This document shows, piece by piece, positions 11,301-26,600 of a DNA stretch of 64,000 nucleotides. Numbering within the stretch: the first letter of the stretch is position 1; each line of letters opens with the position of its first letter. The DNA lies in NCBI GenBank assembly GCA_964016885.1, contig OZ024741.1, positions 244,962,001 to 245,026,000 on the forward strand, in the 5' to 3' direction. The position numbers and the translations under genes are program-made. The DNA is from Eledone cirrhosa. Its lineage: Eukaryota. The notes beneath the pieces were generated by a model. It ran no database searches. It was not told where the DNA came from and saw only the letters and a list, made by a program, of their open reading frames with translations.

Positions 11301-14300
11301 TCGAAGCACACCATTCGCCGGCGGACTTTGTTGACATTTAACACGGTTTGGTTCCACAGCCACAACTATTGATTTTACGGAGATATCTTGCTGAAATTCA
11401 CGACACACATAGCCAATGTGAGTCTGCACATGTACCAGTAATTACAGATCGATCCGACCACGGGCGGCCGGCCGGCGATTGAAAAGGTAAATCCGCCGGC
11501 TAATCGTCATTTTTGGATTCGTTTTCTTCGAAGCACACCATTCGCCGGCGGACTTTGTTGACATTTAACACGGTTTGGTTCCACAGCCACAACTATTGAT
11601 TTTACGGAGATATCTTGCTGAAATTCACGCCACACATAGCCAATGAATATCTGCACATGTACCAGTAATTACAGATCGATCCGACCGCGGGCGGCCGGCC
11701 CGCGATTGAAAAGGTAAATCCGCCGGCTAATCGTCATTTTTGGATTCGTTTTCTTCGAAGCACACCATTCGCCGGCGGACTTTGTTGACGTTTAACACGG
11801 TTTGGTTCCACAGCCACAACTATTGATTTTACGGAGATATCTTGCTGAAATTCACGACACACATAGCCAATGTGAGTCTGCACATGTACCAGTAATTACA
11901 GATCGATCCGACCACGGGCGGCCGGCCCGCGATTGAAAAGGTAAATCCGCCGGCTAATCGTCATTTTTGGATTCGTTTTCTTTGAAGCACACCATTCGCC
12001 GGCGGACTTTGTTGACATTTAACACGGTTTGGTTCCACAGCCACAACTATTGATTTTACGGAGATATCTTGCTGAAATTCACGACACACATAGCCAATGT
12101 GAGTCTGCACATGTACCAGTAATTACAGATCGATCCGACCACGGGCGGCCGGCCCGCGATTGAAAAGGTAAATCCGCCGGCTAATCGTCATTTTTGGATT
12201 CGTTTTCTTCGAAGCACACCATTCGCCGGCGGACTTTGTTGACATTTAACACGGTTTGGTTCCACAGCCACAACTATTGATTTTACGGAGATATCTTGCT
12301 GAAATTCACGCCACACATAGCCAATGAGTGTCTGCACATGTACCAGTAATTACAGATCGATCCGACCACGGGCGGCCGGCCCGCGATTGAAAAGGTAAAT
12401 CCGCCGGCTAATCGTCATTTTTGGATTCGTTTTCTTCGAAGCACACCATTCGCCGGCGGACTTTGTTGACGTTTAACACGGTTTGGTTCCACAGCCACAA
12501 CTATTGATTTTACGGAGATATCTTGCTGAAATCCACGCCACACATAGCCAATGAGTATCTGCACATGTACCAGTAATTACAGATCGATCCGACCGCGGGC
12601 GGCCGGCCCGCGATTGAAAAGGTAAATCCGCCGGCTAATCGTCATTTTTGGATTCGTTTTCTTCGAAGCACACCATTCGCCGGCGGACTTTGTTGACGTT
12701 TAACACGGTTTGGTTCCACAGCCACAACTATTGATTTTACGGAGATATCTTGCTGAAATTCACGACACACATAGCCAATGTGAGTCTGCACATGTACCAG
12801 TAATTACAGATCGATCCGACCACGGGCGGCCGGCCCGCGATTGAAAAGGTAAATCCGCCGGCTAATCGTCATTTTTGGATTCGTTTTCTTCGAAGCACAC
12901 CATTCGCCGGCGGACTTTGTTGACGTTTAACACGGTTTGGTTCCACAGCCACAACTATTGATTTTACGGAGATATCTTGCTGAAATTCACGCCACACATA
13001 GCCAATGAGTGTCTGCACATGTACCAGTAATTACAGATCGATCCGACCACGGGCGGCCGGCCCGCGATTGAAAAGGTAAATCCGCCGGCTAATCGTCATT
13101 TTTGGATTCGTTTTCTTCGAAGCACACCATTCGCCGGCGGACTTTGTTGACGTTTAACACGGTTTGGTTCCACAGCCACAACTATTGATTTTACGGAGAT
13201 ATCTTGCTGAAATTCACGCCACACATAGCCAATGAGTATCTGCACATGTACCAGTAATTACAGATCGATCCGACCGCGGGCGGCCGGCCCGCGATTAAAA
13301 AGGTAAATCCGCCGGCTAATTGTCATTTTTGGATTCGTTTTCTTCGAAGCACACCATTCGCCGGCGGACTTTGTTGACGTTTAACACGGTTTGGTTCCAC
13401 AGCCACAACTATTGATTTTACGGAGATATCTTGCTGAAATTCACGCCACACATAGCCAATGAGTGTCTGCACATGTACCAGTAATTACAGATCGATCCGA
13501 CCACGGGCGGCCGGCCCGCGATTGAAAAGGTAAATCCGCCGGCTAATCGTCATTTTTGGATTCGTTTTCTTCGAAGCACACCATTCGCCGGCGGACTTTG
13601 TTGACATTTAACACGGTTTGGTTCCACAGCCACAACTATTGATTTTACGGAGATATCTTGCTGAAATTCACGCCACACATAGCCAATGAGTGTCTGCACA
13701 TGTACCAGTAATTACAGATCGATCCGACCACGGGCGGCCGGCCCGCGATTGAAAAGGTAAATCCGCCGGCTAATCGTCATTTTTGGATTCGTTTTCTTCG
13801 AAGCACACCATTCGCCGGCGGACTTTGTTGACATTTAACACGGTTTGGTTCCACAGCCACAACTATTGATTTTACGGAGATATCTTGCTGAAATTCACGA
13901 CACACATAGCCAATGTGAGTCTGCACATGTACCAGTAATTACAGATCGATCCGACCACGGGCGGCCGGCCCGCGATTGAAAAGGTAAATCCGCCGGCTAA
14001 TCGTCATTTTTGGATTCGTTTTCTTCGAAGCACACCATTCGCCGGCGGACTTTGTTGACGTTTAACACGGTTTGGTTCCACAGCCACAACTATTGATTTT
14101 ACGGAGATATCTTGCTGAAATTCACGCCACACATAGCCAATGAGTGTCTGCACATGTACCAGTAATTACAGATCGATCCGACCACGGGCGGCCGGCCCGC
14201 GATTGAAAAGGTAAATCCGCCGGCTAATCGTCATTTTTGGATTCGTTTTCTTCGAAGCACACCATTCGCCGGCGGACTTTGTTGACGTTTAACACGGTTT

Positions 14301-17300
14301 GGTTCCACAGCCACAACTATTGATTTTACGGAGATATCTTGCTGAAATTCACGCCACACATAGCCAATGAGTGTCTGCACATGTACCAGTAATTACAGAT
14401 CGATCCGACCACGGGCGGCCGGCCCGCGATTGAAAAGGTAAATCCGCCGGCTAATCGTCATTTTTGGATTCGTTTTCTTCGAAGCACACCATTCGCCGGC
14501 GGACTTTGTTGACATTTAACACGGTTTGGTTCCACAGCCACAACTATTGATTTTACGGAGATATCTTGCTGAAATTCACGCCACACATAGCCAATGAGTG
14601 TCTGCACATGTACCAGTAATTACAGATCGATCCGACCACGGGCGGCCGGCCCGCGATTGAAAAGGTAAATCCGCCGGCTAATCGTCATTTTTGGATTCGT
14701 TTTCTTCGAAGCACACCATTCGCCGGCGGACTTTGTTGACATTTAACACGGTTTGGTTCCACAGCCACAACTATTGATTTTACGGAGATATCTTGCTGAA
14801 ATTCACGACACACATAGCCAATGTGAGTCTGCACATGTACCAGTAATTACAGATCGATCCGACCACGGGCGGCCGGCCCGCGATTGAAAAGGTAAATCCG
14901 CCGGCTAATCGTCATTTTTGGATTCGTTTTCTTCGAAGCACACCATTCGCCGGCGGACTTTGTTGACGTTTAACACGGTTTGGTTCCACAGCCACAACTA
15001 TTGATTTTACGGAGATATCTTGCTGAAATTCACGCCACACATAGCCAATGAGTGTCTGCACATGTACCAGTAATTACAGATCGATCCGACCACGGGCGGC
15101 CGGCCCGCGATTGAAAAGGTAAATCCGCCGGCTAATCGTCATTTTTGGATTCGTTTTCTTCGAAGCACACCATTCGCCGGCGGACTTTGTTGACGTTTAA
15201 CACGGTTTGGTTCCACAGCCACAACTATTGATTTTACGGAGATATCTTGCTGAAATTCACGCCACACATAGCCAATGAGTATCTGCACATGTACCAGTAA
15301 TTACAGATCGATCCGACCGCGGGCGGCCGGCCCGCGATTAAAAAGGTAAATCCGCCGGCTAATTGTCATTTTTGGATTCGTTTTCTTCGAAGCACACCAT
15401 TCGCCGGCGGACTTTGTTGACGTTTAACACGGTTTGGTTCCACAGCCACAACTATTGATTTTACGGAGATATCTTGCTGAAATTCACGCCACACATAGCC
15501 AATGAGTGTCTGCACATGTACCAGTAATTACAGATCGATCCGACCACGGGCGGCCGGCCCGCGATTGAAAAGGTAAATCCGCCGGCTAATCGTCATTTTT
15601 GGATTCGTTTTCTTCGAAGCACACCATTCGCCGGCGGACTTTGTTGACGTTTAACACGGTTTGGTTCCACAGCCACAACTATTGATTTTACGGAGATATC
15701 TTGCTGAAATTCACGCCACACATAGCCAATGAGTATCTGCACATGTACCAGTAATTACAGATCGATCCGACCGCGGGCGGCCGGCCCGCGATTAAAAAGG
15801 TAAATCCGCCGGCTAATTGTCATTTTTGGATTCGTTTTCTTCGAAGCACACCATTCGCCGGCGGACTTTGTTGACGTTTAACACGGTTTGGTTCCACAGC
15901 CACAACTATTGATTTTACGGAGATATCTTGCTGAAATTCACGCCACACATAGCCAATGAGTGTCTGCACATGTACCAGTAATTACAGATCGATCCGACCA
16001 CGGGCGGCCGGCCCGCGATTGAAAAGGTAAATCCGCCGGCTAATCGTCATTTTTGGATTCGTTTTCTTCGAAGCACACCATTCGCCGGCGGACTTTGTTG
16101 ACGTTTAACACGGTTTGGTTCCACAGCCACAACTATTGATTTTACGGAGATATCTTGCTGAAATTCACGACACACATAGCCAATGTGAGTCTGCACATGT
16201 ACCAGTAATTACAGATCGATCCGACCACGGGCGGCCGGCCCGCGATTGAAAAGGTAAATCCGCCGGCTAATCGTCATTTTTGGATTCGTTTTCTTCGAAG
16301 CACACCATTCGCCGGCGGACTTTGTTGACATTTAACACGGTTTGGTTCCACAGCCACAACTATTGATTTTACGGAGATATCTTGCTGAAATTCACGCCAC
16401 ACATAGCCAATGAGTATCTGCACATGTACCAGTAATTACAGATCGATCCGACCGCGGGCGGCCGGCCCGCGATTGAAAAGGTAAATCCGCCGGCTAATCG
16501 TCATTTTTGGATTCGTTTTCTTCGAAGCACACCATTCGCCGGCGGACTTTGTTGACGTTTAACACGGTTTGGTTCCACAGCCACAACTATTGATTTTACG
16601 GAGATATCTTGCTGAAATTCACGACACACATAGCCAATGTGAGTCTGCACATGTACCAGTAATTACAGATCGATCCGACCACGGGCGGCCGGCCCGCGAT
16701 TGAAAAGGTAAATCCGCCGGCTAATCGTCATTTTTGGATTCGTTTTCTTCGAAGCACACCATTCGCCGGCGGACTTTGTTGACATTTAACACGGTTTGGT
16801 TCCACAGCCACAACTATTGATTTTACGGAGATATCTTGCTGAAATTCACGCCACACATAGCCAATGAGTATCTGCACATGTACCAGTAATTACAGATCGA
16901 TCCGACCGCGGGCGGCCGGCCCGCGATTAAAAAGGTAAATCCGCCGGCTAATCGTCATTTTTGGATTCGTTTTCTTCGAAGCACACCATTCGCCGGCGGA
17001 CTTTGTTGACATTTAACACGGTTTGGTTCCACAGCCACAACTATTGATTTTACGGAGATATCTTGCTGAAATTCACGCCACACATAGCCAATGAGTGTCT
17101 GCACATGTACCAGTAATTACAGATCGATCCGACCACGGGCGGCCGGCCCGCGATTGAAAAGGTAAATCCGCCGGCTAATCGTCATTTTTGGATTCGTTTT
17201 CTTCGAAGCACACCATTCGCCGGCGGACTTTGTTGACGTTTAACACGGTTTGGTTCCACAGCCACAACTATTGATTTTACGGAGATATCTTGCTGAAATT

Positions 17301-20300
17301 CACGACACACATAGCCAATGTGAGTCTGCACATGTACCAGTAATTACAGATCGATCCGACCACGGGCGGCCGGCCCGCGATTGAAAAGGTAAATCCGCCG
17401 GCTAATCGTCATTTTTGGATTCGTTTTCTTCGAAGCACACCATTCGCCGGCGGACTTTGTTGACGTTTAACACGGTTTGGTTCCACAGCCACAACTATTG
17501 ATTTTACGGAGATATCTTGCTGAAATTCACGACACACATAGCCAATGTGAGTCTGCACATGTACCAGTAATTACAGATCGATCCGACCACGGGCGGCCGG
17601 CCCGCGATTGAAAAGGTAAATCCGCCGGCTAATCGTCATTTTTGGATTCGTTTTCTTCGAAGCACACCATTCGCCGGCGGACTTTGTTGACATTTAACAC
17701 GGTTTGGTTCCACAGCCACAACTATTGATTTTACGGAGATATCTTGCTGAAATTCACGACACACATAGCCAATGTGAGTCTGCACATGTACCAGTAATTA
17801 CAGATCGATCCGACCACGGGCGGCCGGCCGGCGATTGAAAAGGTAAATCCGCCGGCTAATCGTCATTTTTGGATTCGTTTTCTTCGAAGCACACCATTCG
17901 CCGGCGGACTTTGTTGACATTTAACACGGTTTGGTTCCACAGCCACAACTATTGATTTTACGGAGATATCTTGCTGAAATTCACGCCACACATAGCCAAT
18001 GAGTGTCTGCACATGTACCAGTAATTACAGATCGATCCGACCACGGGCGGCCGGCCCGCGATTGAAAAGGTAAATCCGCCGGCTAATCGTCATTTTTGGA
18101 TTCGTTTTCTTCGAAGCACACCATTCGCCGGCGGACTTTGTTGACGTTTAACACGGTTTGGTTCCACAGCCACAACTATTGATTTTACGGAGATATCTTG
18201 CTGAAATTCACGCCACACATAGCCAATGAGTATCTGCACATGTACCAGTAATTACAGATCGATCCGACCGCGGGCGGCCGGCCCGCGATTGAAAAGGTTA
18301 ATCCGCCGGCTAATCGTCATTTTTGGATTCGTTTTCTTCGAAGCACACCATTCGCCGGCGGACTTTGTTGACGTTTAACACGGTTTGGTTCCACAGCCAC
18401 AACTATTGATTTTACGGAGATATCTTGCTGAAATTCACGACACACATAGCCAATGTGAGTCTGCACATGTACCAGTAATTACAGATCGATCCGACCACGG
18501 GCGGCCGGCCCGCGATTGAAAAGGTAAATCCGCCGGCTAATCGTCATTTTTGGATTCGTTTTCTTCGAAGCACACCATTCGCCGGCGGACTTTGTTGACA
18601 TTTAACACGGTTTGGTTCCACAGCCACAACTATTGATTTTACGGAGATATCTTGCTGAAATTCACGACACACATAGCCAATGAGTATCTGCACATGTACC
18701 AGTAATTACAGATCGATCCGACCGCGGGCGGCCGGCCCGCGATTAGAAAGGTAAATCCGCCGGCTAATCGTCATTTTTGGATTCGTTTTCTTCGAAGCAC
18801 ACCATTCGCCGGCGGACTTTGTTGACATTTAACACGGTTTGGTTCCACAGCCACAACTATTGATTTTACGGAGATATCTTGCTGAAATTCACGCCACACA
18901 TAGCCAATGAGTGTCTGCACATGTACCAGTAATTACAGATCGATCCGACCACGGGCGGCCGGCCCGCGATTGAAAAGGTAAATCCGCCGGCTAATCGTCA
19001 TTTTTGGATTCGTTTTCTTCGAAGCACACCATTCGCCGGCGGACTTTGTTGACGTTTAACACGGTTTGGTTCCACAGCCACAACTATTGATTTTACGGAG
19101 ATATCTTGCTGAAATTCACGCCACACATAGCCAATGAGTATCTGCACATGTACCAGTAATTACAGATCGATCCGACCGCGGGCGGCCGGCCCGCGATTGA
19201 AAAGGTAAATCCGCCGGCTAATCGTCATTTTTGGATTCGTTTTCTTCGAAGCACACCATTCGCCGGCGGACTTTGTTGACGTTTAACACGGTTTGGTTCC
19301 ACAGCCACAACTATTGATTTTACGGAGATATCTTGCTGAAATTCACGACACACATAGCCAATGTGAGTCTGCACATGTACCAGTAATTACAGATCGATCC
19401 GACCACGGGCGGCCGGCCCGCGATTGAAAAGGTAAATCCGCCGGCTAATCGTCATTTTTGGATTCGTTTTCTTCGAAGCACACCATTCGCCGGCGGACTT
19501 TGTTGACATTTAACACGGTTTGGTTCCACAGCCACAACTATTGATTTTACGGAGATATCTTGCTGAAATTCACGACACACATAGCCAATGTGAGTCTGCA
19601 CATGTACCAGTAATTACAGATCGATCCGACCACGGGCGGCCGGCCGGCGATTGAAAAGGTAAATCCGCCGGCTAATCGTCATTTTTGGATTCGTTTTCTT
19701 CGAAGCACACCATTCGCCGGCGGACTTTGTTGACATTTAACACGGTTTGGTTCCACAGCCACAACTATTGATTTTACGGAGATATCTTGCTGAAATTCAC
19801 GCCACACATAGCCAATGAGTATCTGCACATGTACCAGTAATTACAGATCGATCCGACCGCGGGCGGCCGGCCCGCGATTGAAAAGGTAAATCCGCCGGCT
19901 AATCGTCATTTTTGGATTCGTTTTCTTCGAAGCACACCATTCGCCGGCGGACTTTGTTGACGTTTAACACGGTTTGGTTCCACAGCCACAACTATTGATT
20001 TTACGGAGATATCTTGCTGAAATTCACGACACACATAGCCAATGTGAGTCTGCACATGTACCAGTAATTACAGATCGATCCGACCACGGGCGGCCGGCCC
20101 GCGATTGAAAAGGTAAATCCGCCGGCTAATCGTCATTTTTGGATTCGTTTTCTTTGAAGCACACCATTCGCCGGCGGACTTTGTTGACATTTAACACGGT
20201 TTGGTTCCACAGCCACAACTATTGATTTTACGGAGATATCTTGCTGAAATTCACGACACACATAGCCAATGTGAGTCTGCACATGTACCAGTAATTACAG

Positions 20301-23300
20301 ATCGATCCGACCACGGGCGGCCGGCCCGCGATTGAAAAGGTAAATCCGCCGGCTAATCGTCATTTTTGGATTCGTTTTCTTCGAAGCACACCATTCGCCG
20401 GCGGACTTTGTTGACATTTAACACGGTTTGGTTCCACAGCCACAACTATTGATTTTACGGAGATATCTTGCTGAAATTCACGCCACACATAGCCAATGAG
20501 TGTCTGCACATGTACCAGTAATTACAGATCGATCCGACCACGGGCGGCCGGCCCGCGATTGAAAAGGTAAATCCGCCGGCTAATCGTCATTTTTGGATTC
20601 GTTTTCTTCGAAGCACACCATTCGCCGGCGGACTTTGTTGACGTTTAACACGGTTTGGTTCCACAGCCACAACTATTGATTTTACGGAGATATCTTGCTG
20701 AAATTCACGCCACACATAGCCAATGAGTATCTGCACATATACCAGTAATTACAGATCGATCCGACCGCGGGCGGCCGGCCCGCGATTGAAAAGGTAAATC
20801 CGCCGGCTAATCGTCATTTTTGGATTCGTTTTCTTCGAAGCACACCATTCGCCGGCGGACTTTGTTCACGTTTAACACGGTTTGGTTCCACAGCCACAAC
20901 TATTGATTTTACGGAGATATCTTGCTGAAATTCACGACACACATAGCCAATGTGAGTCTGCACATGTACCAGTAATTACAGATCGATCCGACCACGGGCG
21001 GCCGGCCCGCGATTGAAAAGGTAAATCCGCCGGCTAATCGTCATTTTTGGATTCGTTTTCTTCGAAGCACACCATTCGCCGGCGGACTTTGTTGACGTTT
21101 AACACGGTTTGGTTCCACAGCCACAACTATTGATTTTACGGAGATATCTTGCTGAAATTCACGCCACACATAGCCAATGAGTGTCTGCACATGTACCAGT
21201 AATTACAGATCGATCCGACCACGGGCGGCCGGCCCGCGATTGAAAAGGTAAATCCGCCGGCTAATCGTCATTTTTGGATTCGTTTTCTTCGAAGCACACC
21301 ATTCGCCGGCGGACTTTGTTGACGTTTAACACGGTTTGGTTCCACAGCCACAACTATTGATTTTACGGAGATATCTTGCTGAAATTCACGCCACACATAG
21401 CCAATGAGTATCTGCACATGTACCAGTAATTACAGATCGATCCGACCGCGGGCGGCCGGCCCGCGATTAAAAAGGTAAATCCGCCGGCTAATTGTCATTT
21501 TTGGATTCGTTTTCTTCGAAGCACACCATTCGCCGGCGGACTTTGTTGACGTTTAACACGGTTTGGTTCCACAGCCACAACTATTGATTTTACGGAGATA
21601 TCTTGCTGAAATTCACGCCACACATAGCCAATGAGTGTCTGCACATGTACCAGTAATTACAGATCGATCCGACCACGGGCGGCCGGCCCGCGATTGAAAA
21701 GGTAAATCCGCCGGCTAATCGTCATTTTTGGATTCGTTTTCTTCGAAGCACACCATTCGCCGGCGGACTTTGTTGACATTTAACACGGTTTGGTTCCACA
21801 GCCACAACTATTGATTTTACGGAGATATCTTGCTGAAATTCACGCCACACATAGCCAATGAGTGTCTGCACATGTACCAGTAATTACAGATCGATCCGAC
21901 CACGGGCGGCCGGCCCGCGATTGAAAAGGTAAATCCGCCGGCTAATCGTCATTTTTGGATTCGTTTTCTTCGAAGCACACCATTCGCCGGCGGACTTTGT
22001 TGACATTTAACACGGTTTGGTTCCACAGCCACAACTATTGATTTTACGGAGATATCTTGCTGAAATTCACGACACACATAGCCAATGTGAGTCTGCACAT
22101 GTACCAGTAATTACAGATCGATCCGACCACGGGCGGCCGGCCCGCGATTGAAAAGGTAAATCCGCCGGCTAATCGTCATTTTTGGATTCGTTTTCTTCGA
22201 AGCACACCATTCGCCGGCGGACTTTGTTGACGTTTAACACGGTTTGGTTCCACAGCCACAACTATTGATTTTACGGAGATATCTTGCTGAAATTCACGCC
22301 ACACATAGCCAATGAGTGTCTGCACATGTACCAGTAATTACAGATCGATCCGACCACGGGCGGCCGGCCCGCGATTGAAAAGGTAAATCCGCCGGCTAAT
22401 CGTCATTTTTGGATTCGTTTTCTTCGAAGCACACCATTCGCCGGCGGACTTTGTTGACGTTTAACACGGTTTGGTTCCACAGCCACAACTATTGATTTTA
22501 CGGAGATATCTTGCTGAAATTCACGCCACACATAGCCAATGAGTATCTGCACATGTACCAGTAATTACAGATCGATCCGACCGCGGGCGGCCGGCCCGCG
22601 ATTAAAAAGGTAAATCCGCCGGCTAATTGTCATTTTTGGATTCGTTTTCTTCGAAGCACACCATTCGCCGGCGGACTTTGTTGACGTTTAACACGGTTTG
22701 GTTCCACAGCCACAACTATTGATTTTACGGAGATATCTTGCTGAAATTCACGCCACACATAGCCAATGAGTGTCTGCACATGTACCAGTAATTACAGATC
22801 GATCCGACCACGGGCGGCCGGCCCGCGATTGAAAAGGTAAATCCGCCGGCTAATCGTCATTTTTGGATTCGTTTTCTTCGAAGCACACCATTCGCCGGCG
22901 GACTTTGTTGACGTTTAACACGGTTTGGTTCCACAGCCACAACTATTGATTTTACGGAGATATCTTGCTGAAATTCACGCCACACATAGCCAATGAGTAT
23001 CTGCACATGTACCAGTAATTACAGATCGATCCGACCGCGGGCGGCCGGCCCGCGATTAAAAAGGTAAATCCGCCGGCTAATTGTCATTTTTGGATTCGTT
23101 TTCTTCGAAGCACACCATTCGCCGGCGGACTTTGTTGACGTTTAACACGGTTTGGTTCCACAGCCACAACTATTGATTTTACGGAGATATCTTGCTGAAA
23201 TTCACGCCACACATAGCCAATGAGTGTCTGCACATGTACCAGTAATTACAGATCGATCCGACCACGGGCGGCCGGCCCGCGATTGAAAAGGTAAATCCGC

Positions 23301-23608
23301 CGGCTAATCGTCATTTTTGGATTCGTTTTCTTCGAAGCACACCATTCGCCGGCGGACTTTGTTGACGTTTAACACGGTTTGGTTCCACAGCCACAACTAT
23401 TGATTTTACGGAGATATCTTGCTGAAATTCACGACACACATAGCCAATGTGAGTCTGCACATGTACCAGTAATTACAGATCGATCCGACCACGGGCGGCC
23501 GGCCCGCGATTGAAAAGGTAAATCCGCCGGCTAATCGTCATTTTTGGATTCGTTTTCTTCGAAGCACACCATTCGCCGGCGGACTTTGTTGACATTTAAC
23601 ACGGTTTG
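8400..23608. repeat. ~32-monomer higher-order tandem duplication (8400-16344 vs 16572-23608)
   Basis: Rare markers recur at an offset of 8172 bp: C124G at 9658/17830 and 11474/19646, C179T at 11983/20155, H monomer at 10443/18615. The first copy has an extra ccbC tetramer (14302-15209). Confidence 0.85.
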
Positions 23609-26600
23609 GTTCCACAGCCACAACTATTGATTTTACGGAGATATCTTGCTGAAATTCACGACACACATAGCCAATGTGAGTCTGCACATGTACCAGTAAT
23701 TACAGATCGATCCGACCACGGGCGGCCGGCCGGCGATTGAAAAGGTAAATCCGCCGGCTAATCGTCATTTTTGGATTCGTTTTCTTCGAAGCACACCATT
23801 CGCCGGCGGACTTTGTTGACATTTAACACGGTTTGGTTCCACAGCCACAACTATTGATTTTACGGAGATATCTTGCTGAAATTCACGCCACACATAGCCA
23901 ATGAGTATCTGCACATGTACCAGTAATTACAGATCGATCCGACCGCGGGCGGCCGGCCCGCGATTGAAAAGGTAAATCCGCCGGCTAATCGTCATTTTTG
24001 GATTCGTTTTCTTCGAAGCACACCATTCGCCGGCGGACTTTGTTGACGTTTAACACGGTTTGGTTCCACAGCCACAACTATTGATTTTACGGAGATATCT
24101 TGCTGAAATTCACGACACACATAGCCAATGTGAGTCTGCACATGTACCAGTAATTACAGATCGATCCGACCACGGGCGGCCGGCCCGCGATTGAAAAGGT
24201 AAATCCGCCGGCTAATCGTCATTTTTGGATTCGTTTTCTTTGAAGCACACCATTCGCCGGCGGACTTTGTTGACATTTAACACGGTTTGGTTCCACAGCC
24301 ACAACTATTGATTTTACGGAGATATCTTGCTGAAATTCACGACACACATAGCCAATGTGAGTCTGCACATGTACCAGTAATTACAGATCGATCCGACCAC
24401 GGGCGGCCGGCCCGCGATTGAAAAGGTAAATCCGCCGGCTAATCGTCATTTTTGGATTCGTTTTCTTCGAAGCACACCATTCGCCGGCGGACTTTGTTGA
24501 CATTTAACACGGTTTGGTTCCACAGCCACAACTATTGATTTTACGGAGATATCTTGCTGAAATTCACGCCACACATAGCCAATGAGTGTCTGCACATGTA
24601 CCAGTAATTACAGATCGATCCGACCACGGGCGGCCGGCCCGCGATTGAAAAGGTAAATCCGCCGGCTAATCGTCATTTTTGGATTCGTTTTCTTCGAAGC
24701 ACACCATTCGCCGGCGGACTTTGTTGACGTTTAACACGGTTTGGTTCCACAGCCACAACTATTGATTTTACGGAGATATCTTGCTGAAATTCACGCCACA
24801 CATAGCCAATGAGTATCTGCACATGTACCAGTAATTACAGATCGATCCGACCGCGGGCGGCCGGCCCGCGATTGAAAAGGTAAATCCGCCGGCTAATCGT
24901 CATTTTTGGATTCGTTTTCTTCGAAGCACACCATTCGCCGGCGGACTTTGTTGACGTTTAACACGGTTTGGTTCCACAGCCACAACTATTGATTTTACGG
25001 AGATATCTTGCTGAAATTCACGACACACATAGCCAATGTGAGTCTGCACATGTACCAGTAATTACAGATCGATCCGACCACGGGCGGCCGGCCCGCGATT
25101 GAAAAGGTAAATCCGCCGGCTAATCGTCATTTTTGGATTCGTTTTCTTCGAAGCACACCATTCGCCGGCGGACTTTGTTGACATTTAACACGGTTTGGTT
25201 CCACAGCCACAACTATTGATTTTACGGAGATATCTTGCTGAAATTCACGACACACATAGCCAATGTGAGTCTGCACATGTACCAGTAATTACAGATCGAT
25301 CCGACCACGGGCGGCCGGCCCGCGATTGAAAAGGTAAATCCGCCGGCTAATCGTCATTTTTGGATTCGTTTTCTTCGAAGCACACCATTCGCCGGCGGAC
25401 TTTGTTGACGTTTAACACGGTTTGGTTCCACAGCCACAACTATTGATTTTACGGAGATATCTTGCTGAAATTCACGCCACACATAGCCAATGAGTGTCTG
25501 CACATGTACCAGTAATTACAGATCGATCCGACCACGGGCGGCCGGCCCGCGATTGAAAAGGTAAATCCGCCGGCTAATCGTCATTTTTGGATTCGTTTTC
25601 TTCGAAGCACACCATTCGCCGGCGGACTTTGTTGACGTTTAACACGGTTTGGTTCCACAGCCACAACTATTGATTTTACGGAGATATCTTGCTGAAATTC
25701 ACGCCACACATAGCCAATGAGTATCTGCACATGTACCAGTAATTACAGATCGATCCGACCGCGGGCGGCCGGCCCGCGATTAAAAAGGTAAATCCGCCGG
25801 CTAATTGTCATTTTTGGATTCGTTTTCTTCGAAGCACACCATTCGCCGGCGGACTTTGTTGACGTTTAACACGGTTTGGTTCCACAGCCACAACTATTGA
25901 TTTTACGGAGATATCTTGCTGAAATTCACGCCACACATAGCCAATGAGTGTCTGCACATGTACCAGTAATTACAGATCGATCCGACCACGGGCGGCCGGC
26001 CCGCGATTGAAAAGGTAAATCCGCCGGCTAATCGTCATTTTTGGATTCGTTTTCTTCGAAGCACACCATTCGCCGGCGGACTTTGTTGACATTTAACACG
26101 GTTTGGTTCCACAGCCACAACTATTGATTTTACGGAGATATCTTGCTGAAATTCACGCCACACATAGCCAATGAGTGTCTGCACATGTACCAGTAATTAC
26201 AGATCGATCCGACCACGGGCGGCCGGCCCGCGATTGAAAAGGTAAATCCGCCGGCTAATCGTCATTTTTGGATTCGTTTTCTTCGAAGCACACCATTCGC
26301 CGGCGGACTTTGTTGACATTTAACACGGTTTGGTTCCACAGCCACAACTATTGATTTTACGGAGATATCTTGCTGAAATTCACGACACACATAGCCAATG
26401 TGAGTCTGCACATGTACCAGTAATTACAGATCGATCCGACCACGGGCGGCCGGCCCGCGATTGAAAAGGTAAATCCGCCGGCTAATCGTCATTTTTGGAT
26501 TCGTTTTCTTCGAAGCACACCATTCGCCGGCGGACTTTGTTGACGTTTAACACGGTTTGGTTCCACAGCCACAACTATTGATTTTACGGAGATATCTTGC

